From IMG/VR virus record IMGVR_UViG_3300006896_000003, positions 1 through 35,711 of that record: DNA of 35,711 nt; one strand, given 5' to 3'. A program made the position numbers and the translations under genes. A model generated the notes under the pieces. It did no database searches. It was not told the DNA's origin and saw only the letters and a program-made list of their open reading frames with translations. Position 1 is the stretch's first letter. Every line of letters starts with the position of its first letter. Below are positions 7,075-15,755 of the stretch, piece after piece. This DNA is from a virus. Its lineage: Duplodnaviria; Caudoviricetes.

Positions 7075-9258
7075 TTGGATGCTACTTATAATCCGGAACT
7101 TCCGGAAGTCGCCGAAGCTACTTCGGCTTCTTACGATGAATCAAGCGACCCAAATGATATAGCGCTTAGGGTTGTCAAGGCTGACATAGAAGTTGCAAAG
7201 ACAGCAAACGACTCAGAGAAAGGCGCAAGGCAGGAAGCTTACGAACTGTACAGAGCCATGGGAAACGGAGAAAAAGACCGGCCCGGACGAAGCAGGGTAA
7301 AATCTAGCGACGTCATGGATATGATAGAGTGGCTTATGCCATCACTTATGAAAGCCTTTTTCGGCTCCAGAAAATGTATTTCCGTAGAGCCCATAGGCAA
7401 CGAAGACATATCAAAGGCTGAAAAGTTCCAAAAACTGCTTAACTGGCAGTTTACGGACAAAGGCAACGGTTTCAGGATAGGCCATGAATGGATAAAATCT
7501 TCTCTGGTCTATGGGCTCTCTCCCGCCAAAGTTACATGGCAGGATTTATATGTCAGAAAGGGCTTTGCTTTTCCTGAGATATCAGAGCCCCAGATGGAAG
7601 AGCTCAGGTCTGACTCGGACGTAGAGCGGCTTGAGGTCGGGAATGTAGATGTAAGATATGCACAGCCTCAGTCTCCTGTAATAAATCCTTACACAATGAT
7701 GTCGGGCGGAAGCAACGCAATGCCTTTAACGTTGCAACCTGCACAGCTTGAGCCTTACAGGGTTTATCAGGAGGTCAAAGGTGAAAAGAGAATAAAGATT
7801 TACAGTGGTCCTTTGGTAGAAGTAATTCCTCCAGAGGACTTTTTTTGTGATCCAGAAGCAAGGGACATACAGGATGCCAGATTTGTCATACACAGGGTTA
7901 AGCGCACAGTTTCCTATCTGAAGAAAAAGGAAAAAGAGGGCGTTTACTCTAATATCGACAGCGTTGTTGAAGCCGGAGCCAATGCAAATGGTAAAAGCGG
8001 AGAAGATGATGACGAGACATATATGAGGGCAAACGCGGCAAATAATTTCTCGTACAGCACGTCAAGAAATGACGTACAAAAAGCAAGGCGCAAGGTAGAC
8101 GTGTGGGAATGGTGGGGACTTCTTGATGTTGATGACACTGGAATAGCCGAGCCTTATCTGGTAGTGGTGGCAAATGACACGATAATCCGCATGGAACGCA
8201 ACCCATACGCACATGGCGAGCCTCCGTTCGAGGTTATGTGTCCAATATTGGATATCTTCGCCATGAAGGGCGTAAGTATGGTAGATCTTGTCGGCGAGTA
8301 TCAGAAGGTAAAAACGGCGCTGTTGCGCCAGACGCTTGACAATATTTCCTTTCAAAACAACCAGATGTGGGAAGTTGACGAAACTGCCGGAGTTGATATC
8401 GACAGCCTGATAAATCCAAGGCCGGGCGGCGTGGTTATGACTAACAGGCTGGGCGGCGTAAAGCAGATAACTCCGACCCCCCTTGCTCAACATGCATATC
8501 AGACTATGGAGTTTATACAGACGCAGTTGGAACAGAGAACAGGTATAACCAGATATAACCAAGGGTTAGATGCCAACAGCCTTAATAAAACTGCAAGCGG
8601 CATTAACGCGATCATGAGTGCATCGTCACAGCGAATAGAACTTATTGCGAGGGTTATGGCAGAAACAGGGTTCAGGAAGCTTTACAAGAAGATGCTTATG
8701 CTTAATCAGCAGTTTGTTGATCAGGACATAGTTATAAGGGTCTATGGAAAACCTCTCGAAATAAGCCCTGATGATCTTGCCGGGAACTTCGATGTAAGTG
8801 TTGATATTGGCGGAGCTACTAACAAGGAAGAACAGGACGTCCATCAGATGATGACAATCCTGAACTACGCCCAAATACTTCTGGGCCTAGGTGTCATGCA
8901 ACCTAACAACGTCTATGAGGTCGTAAGAAAAATACTTGAAACATGGGGCGTTGCAGATGCGGATAAATATATCAGTGATCCGCAGGATACGGCACAGCTC
9001 AGGCAGATAATTCAGTATATAGACCAGCTTGCCGTGATGGTCCAGAATGGCCAGCCGCCTTCGCTTGAACAGCTTGCTCAGGGAATAATGGCGGCAAGAC
9101 AGGCCTTGGTCAATGTTGTTGGTAAAGATCTCTCAGAAGAACAGCCGCAACCCGGAGTTGCACCAGAGGGACAAAGGGAGTCTGCTGGCCCGAGCAAAGG
9201 TGACGGTATCGCTTATGCAAGCGGAACCATACCGGGAGGACCGGGAGGTGGACAGTAA
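7075..9258 (+). CDS. Portal protein (N4/P22-like podovirus type)
   Basis: 727 aa after terL; SSDVMDMIEWLMPSLMKAF, PEDFFCDP, QRTGITRYNQG, KTASGI, RIELIAR. TTG start with SD AAGGTGG. Confidence 0.9.
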   Translation: MDATYNPELPEVAEATSASYDESSDPNDIALRVVKADIEVAKTANDSEKGARQEAYELYRAMGNGEKDRPGRSRVKSSDVMDMIEWLMPSLMKAFFGSRKCISVEPIGNEDISKAEKFQKLLNWQFTDKGNGFRIGHEWIKSSLVYGLSPAKVTWQDLYVRKGFAFPEISEPQMEELRSDSDVERLEVGNVDVRYAQPQSPVINPYTMMSGGSNAMPLTLQPAQLEPYRVYQEVKGEKRIKIYSGPLVEVIPPEDFFCDPEARDIQDARFVIHRVKRTVSYLKKKEKEGVYSNIDSVVEAGANANGKSGEDDDETYMRANAANNFSYSTSRNDVQKARRKVDVWEWWGLLDVDDTGIAEPYLVVVANDTIIRMERNPYAHGEPPFEVMCPILDIFAMKGVSMVDLVGEYQKVKTALLRQTLDNISFQNNQMWEVDETAGVDIDSLINPRPGGVVMTNRLGGVKQITPTPLAQHAYQTMEFIQTQLEQRTGITRYNQGLDANSLNKTASGINAIMSASSQRIELIARVMAETGFRKLYKKMLMLNQQFVDQDIVIRVYGKPLEISPDDLAGNFDVSVDIGGATNKEEQDVHQMMTILNYAQILLGLGVMQPNNVYEVVRKILETWGVADADKYISDPQDTAQLRQIIQYIDQLAVMVQNGQPPSLEQLAQGIMAARQALVNVVGKDLSEEQPQPGVAPEGQRESAGPSKGDGIAYASGTIPGGPGGGQ

Positions 9259-9521
9259 TGGAGAACCCTGAATATTTCGACAGGCTACAGGCTTATAAGG
9301 CAAAGCAACAGAACTGCCTTGAGTGCGTAGCCCCATATTTGCTAAAACTTGACATAGACGCCCTCAGAACTCTGGAGGGCGTCTATCAGTCGGAACAGCA
9401 CGACAGGCTTTATGGACTGCCGTTGCTGGCGCCGACAGTAGACGAGATCCATGGCGACATCAAGGGCGCAAGACAATTTATCTTGTGGATAGAAGACAAG
9501 ATAAAGAAAACACAAAAATAA
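9258..9521 (+). CDS. Small hypothetical head-assembly protein
   Basis: TAATG overlap with the portal stop, SD GGAGGTGG; usual position between portal and scaffold. Confidence 0.65.
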   Translation: MENPEYFDRLQAYKAKQQNCLECVAPYLLKLDIDALRTLEGVYQSEQHDRLYGLPLLAPTVDEIHGDIKGARQFILWIEDKIKKTQK

Positions 9522-9534
9522 CGGAGGGATAAAG

Positions 9535-10584
9535 ATGACCGAGAAAACCACAGAGGGACAGGAAGAAATAACAGATCCAACTTTTGAGGAGAGTTACGAA
9601 GACGTTAAGTTTGCAGACTTCGACAAAAAATCGCCGCTTCTTGGGGGCGGATATTCCGATGAAGGCGAAGAAGAGGGTAATGATCCAGTAATACCCATCG
9701 AGGAGCCTTTGGCGGAAGAAGACACTCACGTTGAACCGGAGGGCGGCAACCCGGCAGAAGAGGAAGACGCTCCCGTTTATAAGACAATAAAGGTTGGAGC
9801 AAGCGAATACAAACTTAAATCAGAGCTTGAGCTTGAGGAACTGGCAAAAAGAGGACTTGAGTTTGGGGAGGTCGAAGGAAGGCTCCAGCCATATTCGCAC
9901 GTTATTGATGCCATAGAACAAGATCCTGGGCTTGCAAATGCGGTGGCAGAAGCAATTCGAGCATATAAGTCTGGTGTGCCTCTTTCACAGCCAACGCCTG
10001 AAAAGACCACCAAAGAAGACCAGAACAAAGAGCCCGAACAGGGCGACGATGAGGATTATGACGATTACGAAAAGCGCCTTACACAGTGGCGCGAAGACCG
10101 TAACCAGAGACTTATTGACCAGAAAATTCAGGATCACTTTAAGCAGATGCAGGAGCAGAGCCATGTGGCACAGATCCGGGCCGCCAATACTCAAATAATA
10201 AACTACGTTAAGGCAGACCCGGAAAAAGACGCAGTCCTAGCCGCGATTCAGGACCCCAGCTTCCCAGCCGGGCTAAGAAAGGCTATGGACAATGACGGAC
10301 CAACTTTTATGTCCGTTTACGACACTATACGAAGATCGCAGGGAAAGTCAGCATATTTTGGGGCCCCCTCGCTTTTTGGCGGGACGCAACAGCAGGTTCC
10401 GCAGGCGCCACAAGCACCACAGACACCCGCGAGAAAGGTTCCGTTTACAGAAAGCGGGAACCAAGCATTTCAGCAGGTAAATAAAGGAGGTGTGGGGGAG
10501 AAACTGCCTGATTTCAAGGGAATGACCGATGATGATTTCAGGGTATGGAAAGAGAAATTCATGCTTAACCGACAGGGGTTATAG
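9535..10584 (+). CDS. Capsid scaffolding protein
   Basis: Acidic low-complexity N-terminus, helical core, C-terminal DFKGMTDDDF motif; directly upstream of MCP. Confidence 0.75.
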   Translation: MTEKTTEGQEEITDPTFEESYEDVKFADFDKKSPLLGGGYSDEGEEEGNDPVIPIEEPLAEEDTHVEPEGGNPAEEEDAPVYKTIKVGASEYKLKSELELEELAKRGLEFGEVEGRLQPYSHVIDAIEQDPGLANAVAEAIRAYKSGVPLSQPTPEKTTKEDQNKEPEQGDDEDYDDYEKRLTQWREDRNQRLIDQKIQDHFKQMQEQSHVAQIRAANTQIINYVKADPEKDAVLAAIQDPSFPAGLRKAMDNDGPTFMSVYDTIRRSQGKSAYFGAPSLFGGTQQQVPQAPQAPQTPARKVPFTESGNQAFQQVNKGGVGEKLPDFKGMTDDDFRVWKEKFMLNRQGL

Positions 10585-10618
10585 CTAAAACATTAGTATT
10601 TGACTGGAGGAATGCCAT

Positions 10619-11620
10619 TTGGCACAGGTAAACACAACCACAATGCCTGTAAAAATACAGGACTATTACGATAAGGTGGCGCTTGAGAAGGCAGTTCCGC
10701 TTCTCCTGTACCGCAAGTTTGCACAGATCCGCCCTCTTCCTAAGAATCAGGGAGAGATAATCCGCTTTAAGAGGTGGGGTTCTCTTTCTCTGGCAACCAC
10801 GCCGCTGACAGAGGGGATTACACCGGTAGGCAACTCAATTACAGTAACCGAGATCACCGCAACAGTAGAACAGTACGGTGACTGGGTCCCTGTAACAGAC
10901 AAGGTTCAGCTTCTCTATATGGACCCCATTCTCACTGAGATCGTGGAACAGCTTGGCGAACAGCAGGGCGAGACAATGGATGTCCTTATGCGCGACAAGC
11001 TGGCGGCTGGTTCCAATGTAAGATATGCCAACGCAGTTGACGGAAGGGCCAATGTTATAGCTCTCATATCAGCCACAGATATTCAGGTGGCGATTAGGGC
11101 ACTTAAAAATGCCAATGCAAGGCAGATAACAAGCATAATCAAGCCGAGCACCGGCATTTCGACAACCCCTATCCGCAAGGCATATGTAGCCATTTGCCAC
11201 CCGAACACCACACACACCCTTGAATCACTTGAAGGCTGGGTTCCCGTTGAAAAATACGCCAGCCAGACAGGGGTTATGGATGGAGAAGTGGGAGCGTATA
11301 AGGGTGTCCGTTTTATTGAGACCACAAACGCGCTTATGGTTCCAGATGCTGGCGGAGACAAGGGTTCCGGCATACTGTCAACTACAGGCGTAAAGGCTGA
11401 CATCTACGCCACCATTATCTTTGCGCAGAACGCATACGGCGAAGTACCCCTTAGCGGCTCTTCAAGCTCTGTCATCATTAAGGTGCACGGAGACAAGGAT
11501 ACCTCGGATACCTCGGACCCACTTAATCAGCGTGGGTCAGCCGGTTGGAAGACGATGTGGACAGGCAAAATCCTTAACGATTCTTGGATGATCCGTATCG
11601 AACACGCCGTAGCGGCTTAG
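10619..11620 (+). CDS. Major capsid protein, N4-gp56 family
   Basis: PLPKNQGEIIRF, TPLTEGITP, QYGDW..TD, GEVG..GVRFIET, DPLNQRGSAGWK. TTG start with SD GGAGG. Confidence 0.95.
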   Translation: MAQVNTTTMPVKIQDYYDKVALEKAVPLLLYRKFAQIRPLPKNQGEIIRFKRWGSLSLATTPLTEGITPVGNSITVTEITATVEQYGDWVPVTDKVQLLYMDPILTEIVEQLGEQQGETMDVLMRDKLAAGSNVRYANAVDGRANVIALISATDIQVAIRALKNANARQITSIIKPSTGISTTPIRKAYVAICHPNTTHTLESLEGWVPVEKYASQTGVMDGEVGAYKGVRFIETTNALMVPDAGGDKGSGILSTTGVKADIYATIIFAQNAYGEVPLSGSSSSVIIKVHGDKDTSDTSDPLNQRGSAGWKTMWTGKILNDSWMIRIEHAVAA

Positions 11621-11635
11621 TTAGGAGGTTAATAT

Positions 11636-12103
11636 ATGTCTGACATAAATGCATTCAAATTCAAAGAACAGCAGGAGTATATTAACGCGCTCGTTGACCT
11701 TAGGACTATGGTTACAAAGGCACTGAGTGGGGATATGAAGTTTACCCTGTCTCAGACCACAGCGGCCCCGACTGTTGCGGCTATTCAGGCGGCAGATGTC
11801 ACTTACGACATTGAGATTCGTCTTGAAAATGCCGCAGGGGATCTTCATGACTGGTATAACGGTAAGGTGCTTCTTGCTATCGCAGATGACGACAGCACAG
11901 GGGTTGCGGCGATTGATCCTACCGCCGGAGAGCGTTCAATGGTAAACGGTGTCCTTAATGTTGCCGTGACACTTGGACAGGCGACATGGACAGCCGGCAA
12001 GAAGGCAACTCTTACTGTGTCCGATCCCGCAACAGCAAGCACTGGAATCTGCGGAGTAGCAGTTGCAGACGCAACATTTGTTGCAACCGTAGCCGCATCA
12101 TAG
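11636..12103 (+). CDS. Putative capsid decoration protein (Ala/Thr-rich, Ig-like beta sandwich)
   Basis: Directly after MCP with strong SD AGGAGG and before the terminator; beta-rich composition. Confidence 0.55.
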   Translation: MSDINAFKFKEQQEYINALVDLRTMVTKALSGDMKFTLSQTTAAPTVAAIQAADVTYDIEIRLENAAGDLHDWYNGKVLLAIADDDSTGVAAIDPTAGERSMVNGVLNVAVTLGQATWTAGKKATLTVSDPATASTGICGVAVADATFVATVAAS

Positions 12104-12122
12104 ACTAATTAACAAACCCAAG

Positions 12123-12151
12123 GAGGGGGCTTCGGCCCTCTCTTTATTTTT
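12123..12151 (+). terminator. Intrinsic terminator after capsid genes
   Basis: GAGGGGGC-TTCG-GCCCTCTC followed by TTTATTTTT; cUUCGg loop. Confidence 0.85.
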
Positions 12152-12172
12152 ACTTCAAGAGGAGAGGATCAC

Positions 12173-12718
12173 ATGCCATCTTTTTACGAACCCAACATGG
12201 TTTACGAAGTATCTGTAGTTGACATGCTGTCGCCCGAAGTCCCGGTATTTATCTGCGGACTTAACGGCAACGTTAAAGAATACCCCACAAGAAAGCCAAT
12301 TAAGCTTACTGGAGCGCAGATAAACATGCTCATGAACTGCGCTATTCCGCAGGCGGAAGTTAAGATTGTTGACGGGCTTCGCACTGTTATTGGACGCTCT
12401 GAATACCCACGTTTTGCGATAACACAGAGAGGTATGGGGGTTATGCCAACAGAGAGGGCCGCAATACTTAACCCCTATAAAACCGTGCCTTATATAAGCA
12501 CACAGAAAACAAAAGAAGAGTTTGAGGACTCCGCGCCGCTTACTCCGGAAGATCTCAGCATAATGGCCGAACCGGGGCCAGACAGAGCCGAACAGCTTGA
12601 CGCGGCAACAAAGAGCGAGCTTACCGAATACGCGCGCGAACTTGGAATACCGATAAGCCCAAGGGCTGGAAGAGAAGCAATTATCCGCTCCATACTTAAG
12701 GCAGAGGAAGAGAAATAA
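12173..12718 (+). CDS. Hypothetical protein with C-terminal Rho-N/HeH-like helical domain
   Basis: LDAATKSELTEYARELGI..AGREAIIRSIL. SD AGGAG. Confidence 0.6.
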   Translation: MPSFYEPNMVYEVSVVDMLSPEVPVFICGLNGNVKEYPTRKPIKLTGAQINMLMNCAIPQAEVKIVDGLRTVIGRSEYPRFAITQRGMGVMPTERAAILNPYKTVPYISTQKTKEEFEDSAPLTPEDLSIMAEPGPDRAEQLDAATKSELTEYARELGIPISPRAGREAIIRSILKAEEEK

Positions 12719-13332
12719 TGACTACCGCCAGAGCGATTCTCCTAGAAGTCAAGAGGCGGCTTGGGGATACCAATACACCGTACCCAGACGAAGTAGACGC
12801 TCTGGCGTTCTTAAACCGGGCGTTGCTTGGAATTTACAATTACGGAGTATATATGAACTCCAGCCTACTCAGAAAAATATCCGAATATTCTACAAACTCA
12901 ACGGGTGTTGCAACAATACCAGATGGGATAGCTAAGGTGTTCGGAGTAGCAAATAAAGACAAGGGACAGATATTGGCCCCGATGTACGAACTTATAGACA
13001 TGATGTCGATACAGAACGTAACAGAAGCGTCCCCTTGGTATAGGGCGGACGACGGAACAATAACACTGCAACCGGCAACCGTCAGCCCAGTCACACTGCT
13101 GGTGGATTATATCCCTGCTTTTTCTAAGCTGGCAAACAGAAGCTCTGATATTCCATTCAGCGACTCAATTTTTAACGTGATAGTCGATTGGGTCGTATTG
13201 CTTATACAAGGAAAGCAAGGTTCTTCTTCTGATATAGAGTTCGCCGTATCCAGCGGATATGCAAACACTCTCAGCCAGTATTTCAGAGGAAAACAGTCTT
13301 CCCGTATGATAACAGGTCAGGGACCATGGTGA
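12718..13332 (+). CDS. Head-tail adaptor / ring protein, paralogue 1
   Basis: MTTARAILLEVKRRLGD..YPDEVDALAFLNRAL; position between head genes and nozzle. Confidence 0.7.
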   Translation: MTTARAILLEVKRRLGDTNTPYPDEVDALAFLNRALLGIYNYGVYMNSSLLRKISEYSTNSTGVATIPDGIAKVFGVANKDKGQILAPMYELIDMMSIQNVTEASPWYRADDGTITLQPATVSPVTLLVDYIPAFSKLANRSSDIPFSDSIFNVIVDWVVLLIQGKQGSSSDIEFAVSSGYANTLSQYFRGKQSSRMITGQGPW

Positions 13333-13342
13333 GGTGAGTTAG

Positions 13343-13861
13343 GTGACAGCAAACGACATAATGTACAGGGTGCGCCTATACACAGGCGATTCAAATAAAG
13401 CAAAACTGTCTGACTGGGAAATAATCAACAGTATAAATGACGCTCTGAGGCTTATGGCCGAAGAGAGCGCACGGCTTAACGGATCGCTGTTCAGGATGAA
13501 CTCGGATTTAACCGTAATAAATGACTCAGCCAGCCTTCCTTCGGGATATCTCAGTCTTATTAAAGCCTTTGACAGTGCTGGAATAGAACTTTTTAACGTT
13601 CACACTGATATTCCTGACGAGGGAGAGTTCAGTATTTCTGGGAGCATTCTGCACTCAGGAGAAGACGCTGTTGATCTTTGGTATTTTGGATACCCAAGCA
13701 GTGTCATAAGTGCCTCAAGCGAAATACCCCTTCCCGACTACTATTCTATTCCTTTGGCTAGGGTAGCTACTGCCCTTATTGCAAACAAAATAGACGAAGC
13801 GGTCGCTTTGGCAGATTACTTTATGGGGGAAAAGAAGAGCGGAGAAAAAACGAAAGGCTAG
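13343..13861 (+). CDS. Head-tail adaptor / ring protein, paralogue 2
   Basis: MTANDIMYRVRLYTGD..LSDWEIINSINDAL..SLPSGYL..EIPLPD. Confidence 0.7.
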   Translation: MTANDIMYRVRLYTGDSNKAKLSDWEIINSINDALRLMAEESARLNGSLFRMNSDLTVINDSASLPSGYLSLIKAFDSAGIELFNVHTDIPDEGEFSISGSILHSGEDAVDLWYFGYPSSVISASSEIPLPDYYSIPLARVATALIANKIDEAVALADYFMGEKKSGEKTKG

Positions 13862-14371
13862 GTGTCTAACATGCTTGTCAATGATTTTTTAAAAAAGGTT
13901 GCAGTGCGCCTAGGCGATGAGGCAAGGATTACATACGGCAACAAAGAACTTATCTCGGCCTTAAATGATGCGATAAGCCAGCTCTCCCTTGAGCGCATAG
14001 CGGCAGGAGATCCATTAATGATAAAGGAAATGAACGTTATCCCCGGTACAACCTCAGTTCCATCGGGCTTCGTCCGTTTCGTGGGACAGGAAAGCGTTTA
14101 TCCCGCTAATGGTAGATGGATGTCGCTTGACGGGGCTGTAACACCTAGAACCGTAAGATACTTTGCAGTTAAGCCTCACGTAGAAACTAAGGGGGACGAT
14201 ATCCCGTTTGATGATACGACATCCGCAGGGATACTTCTTAACTATGCCGTGGTCCTCGTTTGTGCAAGAACAGGAGACCAGTCAACTATCGAAGCCGGGC
14301 TTGCCCAGAGAATGAGCAATGCGTATCTAGGGAAGGCGAACTCTGATGCCAATCAAGTCAAAGAGGCGTAG
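13862..14371 (+). CDS. Head-tail adaptor / ring protein, paralogue 3
   Basis: MLVNDFLKKVAVRLGD..YGNKELISALNDAI..SVPSGFV..DIPFDD. Start may be ATG 13871. Confidence 0.7.
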   Translation: MSNMLVNDFLKKVAVRLGDEARITYGNKELISALNDAISQLSLERIAAGDPLMIKEMNVIPGTTSVPSGFVRFVGQESVYPANGRWMSLDGAVTPRTVRYFAVKPHVETKGDDIPFDDTTSAGILLNYAVVLVCARTGDQSTIEAGLAQRMSNAYLGKANSDANQVKEA

Positions 14372-15755
14372 TGATTCTAAGGCAAGGACTTACTCTGATT
14401 TCAGGGGCGGTGGATTAAATTTAGCCGCCTCAGACAGGTTCCTTAAAGAGAACGAAACAAGCGGAGGTAAAAACTACTGCTACGAAAGAAACGGCGGAAG
14501 GTTTCGCACATTGGAACCGCTGGAACTTATAACTACACTGGCAGACAACGTAACCGCTATTTATCCATCCTTAAATTTCGGACTGATACTGGAAGCCAAT
14601 AAAAGCATATACAAGATGGTCAACAGCACTCCGACCTCTATAGGTACGTTGAATGGAACTTCTACGCCTCAGTTCTGTGATTGGGGAGAGGCAAACGAAA
14701 GACAGTTGTTCATAGCGTCAGGATCAGTTATACAGAGCTATGACGGGACAACCTTCGCAACTCAGACGCCTATACCGATAGACCCTGATGTTCCTGCCGG
14801 AGACAAGTGGAATACGGCACATGACGTTATGGTACGTGAGGGCAGATTGCTTCTTTCGGAGACAGGCAAAGACAGACTGAAGTTCTCAGGCGTAGGAGAT
14901 CCGACTAACTGGCAGGTTGAGGATAACGGTACTGATGTTTACACAGACGCAGACGCAATATGGGCAGACATAGGATACAAAGAGGGTGGCGACATAGTAA
15001 AAGTCATCTCTCTGGGCAGAGATCTTGTTATATTCAGGACGGACGGAAACCTTTACAGATTATTCGGGAGTTACCCTGACTGGGAAGTAATTTCAATTGC
15101 ACAGCAAGTTGAACCTGTCAGCAGGGATACAGTAGCTCCCGTTGGTAACGACATAATGTTTTTGGACAAAGACAGGGGAATAAGAAAACTCTCTGCGATA
15201 AAAGAATACGATGACTTCTCAATAGAGGAAAAAGAGGGGAAAAAGGTAAATCCTTGGCTGGCTGGAAACTTTACCTCGGATGCAAAGCTATGGCAATTGC
15301 CAGACCGTGGAGAAATATGGGTAAGACCCAACAGCGGGAATACAATTCTCAGTTGGAGCGAGAGGTATCAGGGGTGGACAAGGATAGACCTTGGGTCACC
15401 CATACTTGCCGTGGCTGAATGCAACGGAGTTACATATCTTTCTATAGGTAAAAATCTTTATAAACTAAATGATGCCGCAGTAACCCCGTCAATTAATCCC
15501 AGTATGGAACTTCCCTTGGCTCCCTATTTTGCTATGGACAGGGCATTGGTCGATTATCACGAGATAACCGTTCAGAAAGACGATAGTGCAACGGTAACAC
15601 TTGAGTATGGAACACAGTGGACAATGACGGTGGGTAACGGAAAAACAATCAAATACCAGAAGGTGCTTGATGATGTAATCAGGCCAACGCTTAAATCGTC
15701 AGGGGGCACAGTGGTACTTGATAACCTGACGCTGGGAGTATCGGAGGTGGTTTAG
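14346..15755 (+). CDS. Tail nozzle / DNA-stabilisation protein (P22 gp10-like beta-propeller)
   Basis: N-terminal DFRGGGLN; GRLLLS..DRLKFSGVGDPTNW, GGDIV..LVIFR; follows the adaptors. Confidence 0.7.
   Translation: MPIKSKRRSDSKARTYSDFRGGGLNLAASDRFLKENETSGGKNYCYERNGGRFRTLEPLELITTLADNVTAIYPSLNFGLILEANKSIYKMVNSTPTSIGTLNGTSTPQFCDWGEANERQLFIASGSVIQSYDGTTFATQTPIPIDPDVPAGDKWNTAHDVMVREGRLLLSETGKDRLKFSGVGDPTNWQVEDNGTDVYTDADAIWADIGYKEGGDIVKVISLGRDLVIFRTDGNLYRLFGSYPDWEVISIAQQVEPVSRDTVAPVGNDIMFLDKDRGIRKLSAIKEYDDFSIEEKEGKKVNPWLAGNFTSDAKLWQLPDRGEIWVRPNSGNTILSWSERYQGWTRIDLGSPILAVAECNGVTYLSIGKNLYKLNDAAVTPSINPSMELPLAPYFAMDRALVDYHEITVQKDDSATVTLEYGTQWTMTVGNGKTIKYQKVLDDVIRPTLKSSGGTVVLDNLTLGVSEVV

Noticed and set aside
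11600-11640. Readthrough or frameshift fusing MCP to the downstream Ig-like protein
   Set aside because: An in-frame TAA follows the TAG within four codons, there is no slippery site, and the downstream gene has its own strong SD.
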